DNA of 20,000 nt from Chiloscyllium plagiosum. Lineage: Eukaryota. The notes beneath the pieces are model-generated. The model was given only the letters and a program-made list of their open reading frames with translations. It searched no databases and was not told where the DNA came from. The stretch spans positions 3,243,594 through 3,263,593 of the forward strand of contig NC_057751.1 in the NCBI RefSeq assembly GCF_004010195.1, in the 5' to 3' direction. Positions 1 to 10,540 of this stretch are shown piece after piece. Numbering within the stretch: position 1 is the stretch's first letter; each line of letters opens with the position of its first letter. The position numbers and the translations under genes were made by a program.

Positions 1-689
1 CAGAAAAACCCAAAATGTCTGCGCTAGCTTTTTGAAAGGCAATTGTGCCCAGTTTCCCGCAGAATGTCACAGTGATAAGTAGGACAAGACACTTTGATGT
101 GTTGACCTTTGTTCTGTTGCTTGGAAAAGCACTGCTGGTTGGCAGATTATGTGTCAGTTATGTTACTGATTTCCACTTCAAATCCAAGTGAGGTGAGACT
201 GGTCGCAATGCTGATCCCAGTGCAGTCCGAGTTACTGAGGTAGAACAGAACGGCACAGAAAGATGGCTGGATGTTCATTGCAGAAGCTGATAGTGCAACA
301 GCACCACAGTATGTGTTCAGTGGTGAGGTCTGGTCAGCTCCAACTCAAAGGCACACTGCAAGATATGGCAAGGGGACGTTTGGGATAGCTTTCTGTTTAA
401 ACCAGGGAGGACAGACCAGGTTTTAGTTTCTGAGGAAGGACATGTACAAAATGTTGACAGGCTTCCTTCCCCCCCCCCCACCCTCCCACTTTACACTTGA
501 CTGGCCCTAATTCTGAAACCGACTTGGAGTGAGATTGCTGGATACATTGAGCATCACTGAGTGCTGCCCAGAACTCGGTCACTGACTCTGTCACAGTGGT
601 TCACCTGGTGAAACCCTGATCCCAGCTGCAGGGATATAGAGATAGGTGCAGCTTTCAGCAGGGAGTCACACTGTGCTGGCCTCATAACA

Positions 690-2525
690 TTCCAGCCATG
701 ACCAAGACATGGCTGAAAGATGGACAGGTCGGCAGCTCAGTGTACCTGCTCGTAGGGTCTTCACGATAGGTTGGGAGCAGGATAGAAGAGGAGTGATCAA
801 GCAGTCGGCTATAGCACTGAGGTAGGATGAAATCTTGGAAGGATCGTCAAATGGGTCAAAGTAAAAATCGCAAAATGGCAAATACTCTGGTGAGTGTGTA
901 CTATAGGCCCCAACACAGTCAGAGAAAGGTAGAAGAATCAAATTGCATAAAAGTATATGTCTAACAAGGCTGCAGTGGTAGTACAGGATTTTAACTGTCC
1001 AAGTATTAACAAGGACATTTGTATGCAAGGTAGGACCATGGGGCTAATTGGTATGTGTCAATCCACAGTACAAAAGGACATCACAGAAATAGACATCAGC
1101 ATGCAGGACTGTGAAATACTGGAAAAATTAACATAGTGGGAGAGAGGAGGTTTGGAAGGGTTTAGCAGCGTCAACACAGGAGAAATCTGCAAACCCCGAC
1201 GAGATGTACGTCAGGCTGTTGAGAGAGGGACTATCAGGGACCCTGATAATAATTTCCACATCCTCCTTCTGACCACAGGTAAGGCCCCAGATGACTGCAG
1301 AACTGCTCGTGTTGTTCCATGATTAAAATAGAGAAGAAGGGATACAGCAGGGAAATACAGGCCGGTCAGTGGGGGAGAGGTTACCTGATTTGACTTCTGA
1401 GGGACAGAATAAATCGACACTTGGAGGGACACAGATTCATCAGGAACGATCAGCGTGGATTTGCGAAGGGAAGGTTGAATTTGACAAAAGTGAACAGTTT
1501 TTGCGGATGTAACCAGGACTGGTGATGAGCTGGGTGATTTTGGTATAGTCGTGATGGACTTCAGCAAGGTTTGAGATAAGGTCCCACATGCCAAACTGGT
1601 CAAGAAATGAAAAGCCCCTGGGATCCAAGGCACAGTGACATGCTGCATCCAAGATTGGCTGAGAGGCAGGAAGCAAAAGGTGATGGTAGACGCATGTTTC
1701 TGTGACTAGAAGACCGTTTCCAGTGGGATTCCACTGGGGACAATGTTGGGCTCTTGCTGTTTGTAATTTGCATCACTGACTGGGACTTAAACAAAAGGAA
1801 AATGATCAAGAAATGGAGTGGTGACCAGCAGGAGTGGTAAACAGAGAGGAGATGGCTGGGAATTGCAGAAGGATATCAACGGACTGGTCACCTGGGCAGA
1901 CAGCAGTGACAAATGGTATTGAACATGGAAAAATGTGAGGTCATTCAACTAGGAATGGCTGACAAGGCAAGGGTAGGACCCTACTGTGAATGTTAGGGCC
2001 CTGGAATGTACTAATGATCAGATGGAGCTGAAGGTAGCAGGACAGGTAGGTAAGGTCATACATAAGGCATGTGTGAATTCTGCATTTGATAGCTGAGACA
2101 TAGAATATTAGAGCAGAGAGGTGATACTGGAATTGTACAAAATGGTGGTTTGGCCTCACCAGGAGATGTGCGCAGTTTGAATCACCATATTACTGGAAGA
2201 AAAAAGAATTGGAAGAAAGTGAATGCAGAGGAAATTTACCAGGACGTTGCCTGAGCTGGAGTGTGAACTCTGCTGAGGTTGTTTTCCATGGGGTCATGGA
2301 GGTTCAGAGGGGATGTTAAAGAGATGGTATATAAGGTTAGGAGGGGCACAGATAAGCAGGAGAGAAAGGCGCTGTTCCCATGAGTGACCAGAGAGTATGG
2401 ATTGTGAAGGTAGGGGATTAAGAGGAGAGCTGAGATAGTGTTTCCACCAGACAGTGGTGGGGACTCTCAAATGTATTGCCTAAAAGCTTGGCTCAGTCTG
2501 AAACTCTGTCATTTGGATAATTTTA
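690..2525 (+). mobile_element. Degenerate CR1-type LINE (ORF2 remnant: APE endonuclease through RT to 3' region, internally deleted)
   Basis: Hand translation of + strand: TKTWL (701-715, cf. TETWL), VYYRPQ (896-913, cf. VYRPP), GKYRPVS (1350-1370), MDFSKV*DKVPH (1554-1589, cf. DFSKAFDKVPH). Many stops/frameshifts; ends approximate. Confidence 0.85.
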
Positions 2526-2814
2526 AATATTTATTTGTGTTGACCAGTGAGTACTTCCTGTTTTGTTGTCCATGTTGAAGGGTCTCCCAAATTTCCCTTG
2601 CTCGCACCCATAACTTGGCAGTGTGCCCCCGAGCTCTGGGCTGTAGTTTTGTTGAGCTCTTGCAGTACCAGTCTGTAATGAAACTGTCTGCACCCTTTCC
2701 AGAGCACCATCTGACTGTGAGGTCAATAGGTGAACTCGAGCTTGGTTATCTCTGGAGTCTGACAATTCACGGATCATCTCAGGAGTCAATCGACTTGAGA
2801 AAGAGGGAATGTTT

Positions 2815-2957
2815 AGGAGAAAGTGAGGACTGCAGATGCTGGAGATCAGAGTCGAGAGTGTGGTGCTGGAAAAGCGCAGCAGGTCAGGCAGCATCCGAGG
2901 AGCAGGAGAACCGACGTTTTGGGCATAAGCCCTTCATCAGGAAGGGCTTATTCCTGA
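2815..2957. mobile_element. Short Penelope-derived (pseudo-LTR-like) element with decayed hammerhead motif, copy A
   Basis: Similar to 10477-10697 and 14399-14583 (AGGAGAAAGTGAGGACTGCAGATGCTGGAGATCAGAG...). Flanked by the 15-bp direct repeat AAAGAGGGAATGTTT (2800-2814, 2958-2972). Minus strand reads CTGATGA-A-GGGC-TTAT-GCCC-AAAAC-GTC. Confidence 0.75.
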
Positions 2958-3280
2958 AAAGAGGGAATGTTTCCCTGGCTTGGGGGGAACCCAGAAGAAA
3001 GGAATACCAAATTAAAACTCAAGCCAGGCCTTTGGGGGGAAGGGTGTGAAAGCATTTCCTCACCCCATGGGCAGTGGGAAGATACAAATCTCATCCACCC
3101 CACCCTCAAAATAAAACACTTGCGGGCCAATTGAAGATTTCAACACTGAGATTGCTCACTTCTTGTTCAGTAAAATTATGGATATAAAAGCCAAGGTAGG
3201 TGGATGAAATAATAACAGAATTTGGATAACACTCTCCATACACCATGAAACGGGCATGATGGGCTGAATGGCCTGCTTTG
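2958..3280 (+). mobile_element. CR1 LINE 3' fragments (interrupted by copy A)
   Basis: GGAATGTTTCCCTGG...AAAATTAAAACTCAAGCCAGGCC...CATTTCCTCAC and terminal GGGCTGAATGGCCT resemble elasmobranch CR1 3' ends; recognised by eye. Confidence 0.5.
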
Positions 3281-3489
3281 TCACTGGCTGTTCCAGAAAT
3301 GAACCTTTTCTCTGGCATCTGGGCTTCAGTAACGGAGGTGATTTCAATGATTGGAATATTGACATTGCTCTGTGTGTATACGTTGTGGATGAAGGATGAA
3401 AGTGTAACCTTCATTTGCCACTTAAAGATCAGCTGTAGTATTGGCCAGGCTTCTCTAATGCCAATCAGATCTTGGTTTCCACTTGTTAA

Positions 3490-3570
3490 AGCAGTCCCGA
3501 AGAAAGATTATACCTGAAACGGTGACTTCTGCACCTCCTGATGCTGCCTGGCTTGCTGTGGTCTTCCTGA
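3490..3570 (+). mobile_element. Penelope pseudo-LTR fragment with degenerate hammerhead
   Basis: AGTC-CCGAAGA-aagattatacct-GAAAC-GGT-GACT (3493-3527; AGTC/GACT = stem I), followed by CCTGATGCTGCCTGGCTTGCTG resembling the other Penelope-derived copies. Confidence 0.55.
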
Positions 3571-3829
3571 CTGTATCGGCGCTACCTCGTGCTCCCACGA
3601 GGAGGTTGAACAGTTTATCCACTACACCAACTCTTCCAGCCTGTTCACCTTGGATTCCAGCATATGCAGTTTTGTCTGAAAAGATGGATGCTGATGACGG
3701 GCAGGGAGACTGGGCAAGGAATTGAGGCCAGTTATGTTTCATGAAAATGGAGAATATTCATACTTCATTCCCTGGCCATCCAAGTTGGTCATCACTTGCT
3801 GCTGACCTGCTATTAGGAATTGTTGATCT

Positions 3830-3835
3830 TTTATT
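3830..3835 (-). promoter_or_regulatory. Candidate polyadenylation signal AATAAA for the LZTS transcript
   Basis: TTTATT on + strand about 390 nt downstream of the stop codon. Another candidate lies at 2530-2535. No transcript data. Confidence 0.3.
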
Positions 3836-4227
3836 CTGAAAGGCTGTGCTGTTTTGGTTAGCCTTTTCCCTCTTCACCAGCCTTTCAGTGACCCCACCGT
3901 TGTCGTGTCACCTTCAGAGAATGTGTTGTGCAGAAGCAGCTAACCAGGAATGGTGAGCGACTGTCGAATTGAGTGTTGAGAGCTCGCTGTAAACAGGTGA
4001 AGGCAGTTTAGCAGCAACCTCAGTCAGTGGTCTCCCACCTTCACAATGACACGTGTCTGTAAACATTGAGAGAGTGCATTGTCAGGCAGTCATTCTGAAG
4101 TCAGCTCAACTGAAGTCAAGTCATATGGCTTCACAGTGTGGAAATTTCTGACCGTGAGCTGGATGAACCTCTGATCCACTCAGACAGTGGTCAAACCTGA
4201 GCCAAGCAGCAAGTTTTCTTACACTTG

Positions 4228-4926
4228 TTACAGGGCAGTGGCGACAATCTCTTGGTAGTGAATGTCAGTGCTCTGCTTTTCACTGCCCCTAAGATTGCTC
4301 ACCTTCAGCTCAGTGGAAAGCTGTTGGATGACTGTCTGCAGGCTCTGGTTCTGATGCAGCACCTCAGTGTAACTCTGCTGGAGCTGTTTCTGATACTCTA
4401 TCACTTGTTGCTTCTCCAGTTGCCACACGAGGCGCTCCTGGCGAAAGTTGCAGGAGAGCTCCCAGTTGGATTTCTTCTCCTGCTCCAGCTGGGCCTGTAA
4501 GCTTGCCAGCTCCTCTCGCAGAGCCACAGAGTCTTGCTCAGGCTTGCGTCGGGCCGGCTCCCTGCAGCCGCCGTGGCAGGCAGTGGGATCAGCCTGTGTC
4601 GCGTGGATGTCCAGCTCTTTGCAGCCAGCCAGCTTGTGCTTCAGCTGCAGGATCTGGCCGTCCTGCAGGCCCACCTTTTCCCTCAGCAGGTCAGCTGCGT
4701 TCTTCATACGCTGCCTCTCGTTTTCACACACCTCCAGCTCTCTGTCCCTGGCTTGCAGGCGGTTCTGCAGCTCCTCTACTGCCTGCTCTTGAGCAGATAG
4801 CTTTCCTTTGGCTTCTCTCAGCTGGCTCTTCAATGACAAGAGCTCACTGCTCTTCTGCATCAACTCAGCTTGCGAGTCTTTCAGCTGCTGTTTCAGCAGT
4901 GAGATCTCCCCTGACTTCTGGCAAAC
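4228..4926 (-). CDS. LZTS1: LZTS1-like, last coding exon (Fez1 coiled-coil/leucine zipper, C-terminal PDZ-binding motif)
   Basis: Acceptor ttgctgtttcAG|GTT at 4927/4926. VCQKSGEISLLKQQLKDSQ, ELEVCENE, FRQERLVWQLEKQQVIEYQKQLQQSY and DIHYQEIVATAL* match recalled LZTS1 motifs (VCQKSGEISLLKQQLKESQ...DIPYEDIIATEI). TAA at 4230-4228; 699 nt, phase 0. Confidence 0.92.
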   Translation of the reverse strand, partial: VCQKSGEISLLKQQLKDSQAELMQKSSELLSLKSQLREAKGKLSAQEQAVEELQNRLQARDRELEVCENERQRMKNAADLLREKVGLQDGQILQLKHKLAGCKELDIHATQADPTACHGGCREPARRKPEQDSVALREELASLQAQLEQEKKSNWELSCNFRQERLVWQLEKQQVIEYQKQLQQSYTEVLHQNQSLQTVIQQLSTELKVSNLRGSEKQSTDIHYQEIVATAL

Positions 4927-5924
4927 CTGAAACAGCAATGTTGCAGAAGCTGCTGTCAGTGCAGTGCATTATTCACATGGAACACCAACAAAACCTCCAT
5001 TTATTCTGTCTCTTGAAGGCAGTATACGATCCCTACCGCCTGACGGAAGGAAACGCCATGATAGACAAGAACATGGTCAAAAGGCTCGTATCAAAATCAA
5101 TATCTTCAAGCAGGAGAGGGCGGGGACTTTGGAGGAAACAGTGAAAATAGCACACTCCTGGGTGGAAATGGAGAAGTCTTTGGAGCCCTCCCACCAAATG
5201 GAAGCTAGGTACAAGTGCTAAGAAAGATTGGCTCTGCCTGCTGACAATATCACAGCAACAAACTCAAATCCAGATAATGCATTTCACAGCAATAGGAAAC
5301 ATATCACTGTGGTTCCTCCAACTCCAAATCTCCCATTCTTCTCACAAGCAACTCAAACCATTTTGTTATAAAGCAGCTTTACATTTAATATTGCTTGAAG
5401 GATTTTAATACCCCTTTCCCCAACTCCTGCAAACTTAGTTCAAGTTCTGTGAAAATGCCTGGACTGGTTTTTTAAAAATGCTTTAACAAGATTTCCTTGC
5501 AATCACATAATGAGGGATGACTGCTTCCTTGTCTGGTGAGGAGAATGTTTCATTTGGTTTAGATACTGTTTAATTGGTCATCGGAAAAATATTCCTTTAT
5601 GATGTGACCTGTGGAGTCAGTGGGCTGAGAGAAACAGTGAATTGCTCGATCCTCCATCTGAACAAAACAAACTCTCATGTCACTGCCTTGTTTTTCTGAA
5701 CAATGAGCAGCTTGGAGAGGTTTTTATTGAGTTGGAGGCAAGCCTCCTAAGAATGAGCTTCCCAGCTGATCTCTCCAAGTTCAGAAGAGAAAATCCTCTC
5801 CATCAATTCAGGGTGAAAGCACTTGATTCTTTTCATAGACCATCTCAAGATTTTATTTCCGAGCAACTGTGCCTGCAAGACTTGAGAGACAATTGGTGAC
5901 TTCACAATACGATGATGATGTCTA

Positions 5925-6070
5925 AAAGATGTTTGGATAAGTACTGGATAGGAAATGTTTGGAGGGATATGGGCCAGGAGCAGGCAGGTGAGACGAGGTG
6001 AGTTTGGGATTATGGTCAGCATGGACAGGTAGGACCGAAGGGTCTGTTTCTGTGCTGTTAGACTGTGTGC
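5925..6070 (+). mobile_element. CR1 LINE 3' tail
   Basis: TTTGGATAAGTAC...GGAGGGATATGGGCC...GGTCAGCATGGAC...GAAGGGTCTGTTTCTGTGCTGT; reverse-complement similarity to 14905-15060. Confidence 0.75.
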
Positions 6071-6959
6071 CAAGACTGTACATCAAGAGGAACAGATTAC
6101 AGTGCATCCTACACTTCAACCTTTTGCCTTTAAGAATAATTCAATGTTTTATTTCAGGCCAACACCAGCAGATAAATCTGTTTATTGTTTCTCTTTGCTG
6201 AAGAAGTTGTGTGTGTCTGTCTGTCTGTTTTGGGGATATTTATAGAGATGAGAATTAATACCATCACATGACTGACTGACTGTGTACATTAACTAACTTT
6301 TACATCTTTGTCGGAGAAGTTTTGTGTTGACATCAGAGACTCGGTAATAGATCTTGTTATTTCAAACCTGGTTTCATTGAGGTTTTAATTGGTCATCTTG
6401 GTAACAGGAAAAACATTTTTATTTTACACTGTGACCTATGGAGTTGTGGGACCAGAGAGACTGTGTACATCTCAAACCTCAGTCTAAAAAAGCACACTCA
6501 CAAGTGACTGTGTCAAAAACTAAACTGGGTGAGTTTGAACTGTCAATATTCAGTCCTGCTTGAAACACAAGAGAGACAGTAAAACACTTAAATAGTCTCA
6601 AGTGCAGATATATGTAAGAGTGTCAAGTGTGTGGACAGTGTTTTAGCCATTTATAGAGCCGTGTTTTACCTTACAGTGATGTGAAAGAGCTTGCCACTAA
6701 ATTCCAATGATGCTTTCCAGTTTGTTTATTCTGCTGAAGGTTTTCAAGAGAATTCTTGAGTTTGAAATGTACTCAACACACATGGTCCCTGTCTCTCAGA
6801 AGATTGGGACAACAATGAATGTCCTCAGAATTGTTGTGGCTTTCCCTCTCCGGTCAGTCTGAGAGTCTGTTACAGTCGCTGTAATATTGTAGCCTTCCCA
6901 GCGTTGGGAATACTGGTGTACCTTTTGATCAAGAGTGGGAGGGTGATTGAGAAACAAAG

Positions 6960-7470
6960 TAGGCTTGTTACAAACTGTACAGAGCCACAGCTGGAGTACT
7001 GTGTGCAAGTATGGTCTCCTTCATTAAGGAAGCCCACATTGCCAGTTCAATTGGCTTTTTCCTAAAAGGAAGCCATTATTTTCTTGAGGGAAGGATTAAC
7101 CAGGTTGGGCTGATACTCCTTGGACTGAGAGGTGATCTCATTGAAACTTGACAGGGTGGATACCAAGAGGATGTTTCCCCTTTGGGGAGAGTTTAAATTA
7201 AGGAGCACCGTTTAAAGACGGGGATGAGGAGGATTTGTTTTCTCTCAGAGGATTATGGGTCTTTTCCCCAGAGACAGCTGGAAGTTGGGTCATTGAATAT
7301 ATTCAAGGCTGAGTTTGAGACATTTTCAGTTGAAAGGAGTCCAGGGTTGTTGGGAGCAGACAGGAAAATGGACTTGAGATAAGAATGAGATTAGCTGTCA
7401 ATGTATTGGATAGCAGAGTGGGCTTGAGGGGCTGAATGGCTGACTCCTTCTCCAATTCACTAGTATTATG
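6960..7470 (+). mobile_element. CR1 LINE 3' fragment abutting the exon-2 splice donor
   Basis: CAGCTGGAGTACTGTGTGCAAGTATGGTCTCCT (LEYCVQVWSP), GAGAGGTGATCTCATTGAAAC (RGDLIE), terminal GGGCTGAATGGCTGACTCCT. Confidence 0.75.
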
Positions 7471-7476
7471 ACCTAC

Positions 7477-8187
7477 CTCCCATTTTGTTTCTTCCAGTTT
7501 TGGAGCAAGTTCAGTTTGTTCCCTTTGGTAGGCTTTGCATTTGGCGTTGAGGCTGTCATGCTCCCGCAGGAGTTGTGTGAAGTCTTCCTGAAGTTTGGCC
7601 TTGTCTTGCTGGAGTTGGCTGAGCTGGAGCAGGACCAGCTGGTGTTGGTTCCTTGGTGCCTTTGTTTTGGTGTCGCCTGACTGCGTCAGGCTGGTTACCT
7701 CCTGTTTGTCCTGGTCCAGTCTGAGGACAGCAGTTGCCTTCACATCCTGAGCTTCCCATCCAGCTTCTTTCTGGGGCTGGGGAAGGTTTGTGCTGTGGCT
7801 GGCCCGCCACTCCCTGCTCTCAGGGGTAGATGTGCTACAGCTTCCAGTGTTCAAGATGCTGTCCAGAGACCCCGCTCCCTGACTGATGTGATGCGCTGAG
7901 CCTCCAAACCTGCTGAGAAGGTTTGCTGTACTAACTGGCTCTGTGCTTGGAGTGGGCAGGCTAGACATGGAATTTCGACCCGAGTCTGACAGGGTACCAG
8001 AATGGTTTGTGTGTTTCTGCTTGTGAGCGTCATGCACCTCTGAATGCTTCGTTACCTTCGATAGATTGCCCTGAAATTCTCCCTTTTGATTTGCCAGCTT
8101 TCCTGAGATACAGTTCACATCGGCGTTGCCATTCCTGGGTGCCATCACCTTTAGCACTGTTGGCCTCACAATGTTCTTTCCTGTACT
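7477..8187 (-). CDS. LZTS1: LZTS1-like, second coding exon
   Basis: Acceptor tctctttcggtAG|AGT (exon starts 8187, STGKNIVRPT). Motifs SGTLSDSGRNSMSSLPT, SRFGGSAHHISQG, LQLSQLQQDK, LEETKWE. Donor GAG|GTAGGT at 7477/7476; 711 nt, phase 0 at both ends. Confidence 0.92.
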
Positions 8188-8529
8188 CTACCGAAAGAGA
8201 AGAAGACATAGTTAATCTCTCTTGTCTTGTATTGATGATAGGTTTCATCCACTTAACGGCCACTTTCTGCCCACTCCCTGACCAGCCCACACTCAGAGGA
8301 TTTACGCATAGGAAAATGGGCTGACACTGAAATGAGTTGTGGAGAGAATGGGGCAGTACAGGAGATTTCCCGCAGAAATTCCAGTGAAAGGTTACAAGTG
8401 GCCATTCATCCCATTTCCCTGGAGTTTCTACAGGTTGGTGAGGGTCAGGAACTCCTGTGCTTTTGGATGCAGTAACCTTGAAAACAAACCAAGTCTCTTC
8501 CAACAGCTCCTTCCAATCTCATGGCCACA

Positions 8530-8790
8530 GCCACTGAGTAAGACAATGGCAGCACTACCTGCAACTTCCTTTCCAAGCACATACCATCCTGACTTGGAAA
8601 CATATCACTGTTCCTTCAATGTCGCTGGGACAAAGCCCTGGAATTCCCTCCCTCAGGTCATTGTGGGTGTCCCTACATCACAAGGACTGCTGCGGTTCAA
8701 GAAGGCAGCTGATTACCCTCTTCACCAGGACAACTCGAGATAGATAATAAATACTGGCCCAGCCAGCAGCACCTACATCCCAAAAGCAGT
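8530..8790 (+). mobile_element. LINE (CR1/L2 clade) 3' end fragment
   Basis: CCATCCTGACTTGGAAACATATCACTGTTCCTTCA...GGTTCAAGAAGGCAGCT...AATAAATACTGGCC; reverse-complement similarity to 9360-9560. Confidence 0.65.
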
Positions 8791-8854
8791 GTGGGCCAGG
8801 GATCCCACACAATGCTCTCAGACTGTGATGCACAGGTCCTGTTTCCTGAGCAAC

Positions 8855-8935
8855 AAAGGTTCTGATGAAGGGTTACCAGACTCAAAACATCAACTCTGTG
8901 TTCTTCCCACAAATGGTGCTGAGTTTCTCATCAAT
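8855..8935 (+). mobile_element. Penelope pseudo-LTR fragment (second subfamily) with CpG-decayed hammerhead
   Basis: GGTT-CTGATGA-A-GGGTT-acca-GACTC-AAAAC-ATC-AACT (8858-8895); stems I and II can still pair. Confidence 0.55.
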
Positions 8936-9354
8936 AGCAGCTCATTGATATGGGATCTTACTGAGTGAAAACTGACCATCCTTTTTTCGGAAAATCACCA
9001 GTGCCTTCCAAAATTAATTTCTTCAGTTTGACAGCCGAATGACCATGTTGTGCCCAGTAACACTCTGAGTTCCTACCTGAAATCTAACAGCAATTTCAAT
9101 AAATCTTGCTGGCTTGTCCTGAACACCAGACCGTGTGAGAACAGTACGTCCCATCCTTCAGGTGGAAGGGAATGGGCAGCTAACATGAACCATACCCTTG
9201 TTTCACATCTCCCAGGAAGAAGCCATGTCTGGTCAGCTCTACAGATGTGCATTGGATCTGGACCAATGCAATCTTTTGATCTCAGTGGATGCATGAGAGC
9301 AAAGGGACAAAGGTTCAAGCCAGTAAATATAAATCCTAATGTTTTTGATAGATC

Positions 9355-9905
9355 CCTACAGGATGTCGGTGTTACTGGCTGTTGAACATTCACTGACTTT
9401 GAGAAGGTGGTGAGCTACCTTGGTGAGCATTGCAACGTAGGCCCACAACGATGTTAGGAATGGAGCTGCTGGGTTTGGACTCAGCAACACTGAAGGAACA
9501 GCGATATGTTTCCAAGTCAGGATATTGATAAGTTTGTAGGAGCGCATGCAGTTAGTGTTCCCCATTAACTCCTGCCCTTGTCTCCTGAATGACCAGGTTT
9601 GTGAGCTTGAAGATAGTATTGGGGGGGGAACCATGATGAGTTGCAGCATTGCATCTTGTAGATGGTACGTCCTGCTGCTACTGTATGTCCGTGGTGGAGG
9701 GATTGCATGTTGAAGGTGGTGGATGGGTTGTCAATCAAGTGGGCTGCTTTGTCCAGGATGGTGTCAGGTTTCTTGAGTTGTCAGAAATGCACCCATCCAG
9801 GCAACTGTGGAGTGTCCCATCACATTCCTGAGTTTTGCCTTGTAGATGGTGAACAGGATTTAGGGAGTTGGGAGGTGTGCTGCAGGATTCCTGGTCTGTG
9901 ACCTA
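9355..9905 (-). mobile_element. LINE (CR1/L2 clade) 3' fragment, inverted relative to 8530-8790
   Basis: CTGAAGGAACAGCGATATGTTTCCAAGTCAGGAT (about 9490-9523) is a near reverse complement of ATCCTGACTTGGAAACATATCACTGTTCCTTCA (about 8586-8618). Confidence 0.65.
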
Positions 9906-10252
9906 CCTGAAAATATTCTTCATGCAACGAGTGATGCATCATTAAATTCTACTTGAAAGGTGTGGAAGGTTGATAACCTCAAATAGGATGACTGAGAGAA
10001 AGAATTGTAATCTGAGGAGGTAAAGCAGGTTGGGCTGAAAGGCCTGTGGCAATTCTCTGAACTCAACAGAGCAATAAGGAGATAGCAGGATTGTTCTGAT
10101 GAGGTTCATTAACCGTAAGACGTGTTAGCCAAGCACCTGATCAAAGTCCAAAGTGAGCTCATTGATAGGAAAGTCTGCCATTTCCACCTGTTTGCACCAA
10201 ACTACTTCAGGTTATCAAAATGTAGGACCTTGTAGCTTTCTCACACATGTGA

Positions 10253-10540
10253 GCTACTGATCTTTCAGGTGAAGTTGGTATTGGTGTCCTCAGTGTCCCC
10301 TCCTTACAATCTTGTTTGTTGTGAAACTGTTCGAGGAGAAACAGAGGTCTGCAGATGTTGGAGATCAGAGCTGAAAATGTGTTGCTGGAAAAGCGCGCTA
10401 CTGATCTTTCAGGTGAAGTTGGTATTGGTGTCCTCAGTGTCCCCTCCTTACAATCTTGTTTGTTGTGAAACTGTTCGAGGAGAAAGTGAGGTCTGCAGAT
10501 GCTGGAGATCAGAGCTGAAAATGTGTTGCTGGAAAAGCGC
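10253..10540. repeat. 144-bp tandem duplication (2 copies, 3 mismatches)
   Basis: 10253-10396 and 10397-10540 both begin GCTACTGATCTTTCAGG and end GGAAAAGCGC. The unit is flank plus the first 64 bp of element copy B. Confidence 0.95.

Noticed and set aside
4225..5144. Plus-strand ORFs (91, 114, 213, 88 aa) overlapping the last exon
   Set aside because: Antisense shadows of a GC-rich coiled-coil exon; no recognisable motifs.
7303..7476. C-terminal extension of the 288-aa ORF (VGHNTSELEK...)
   Set aside because: Lies past the GTAGGT donor inside an antisense CR1 tail; homology continues in exon 3 (WE|VCQK).
8180..8183. Alternative CAG acceptor for exon 2
   Set aside because: 7 nt downstream of the TAG acceptor and would frameshift; the TAG site gives the expected six residues before VRPT.
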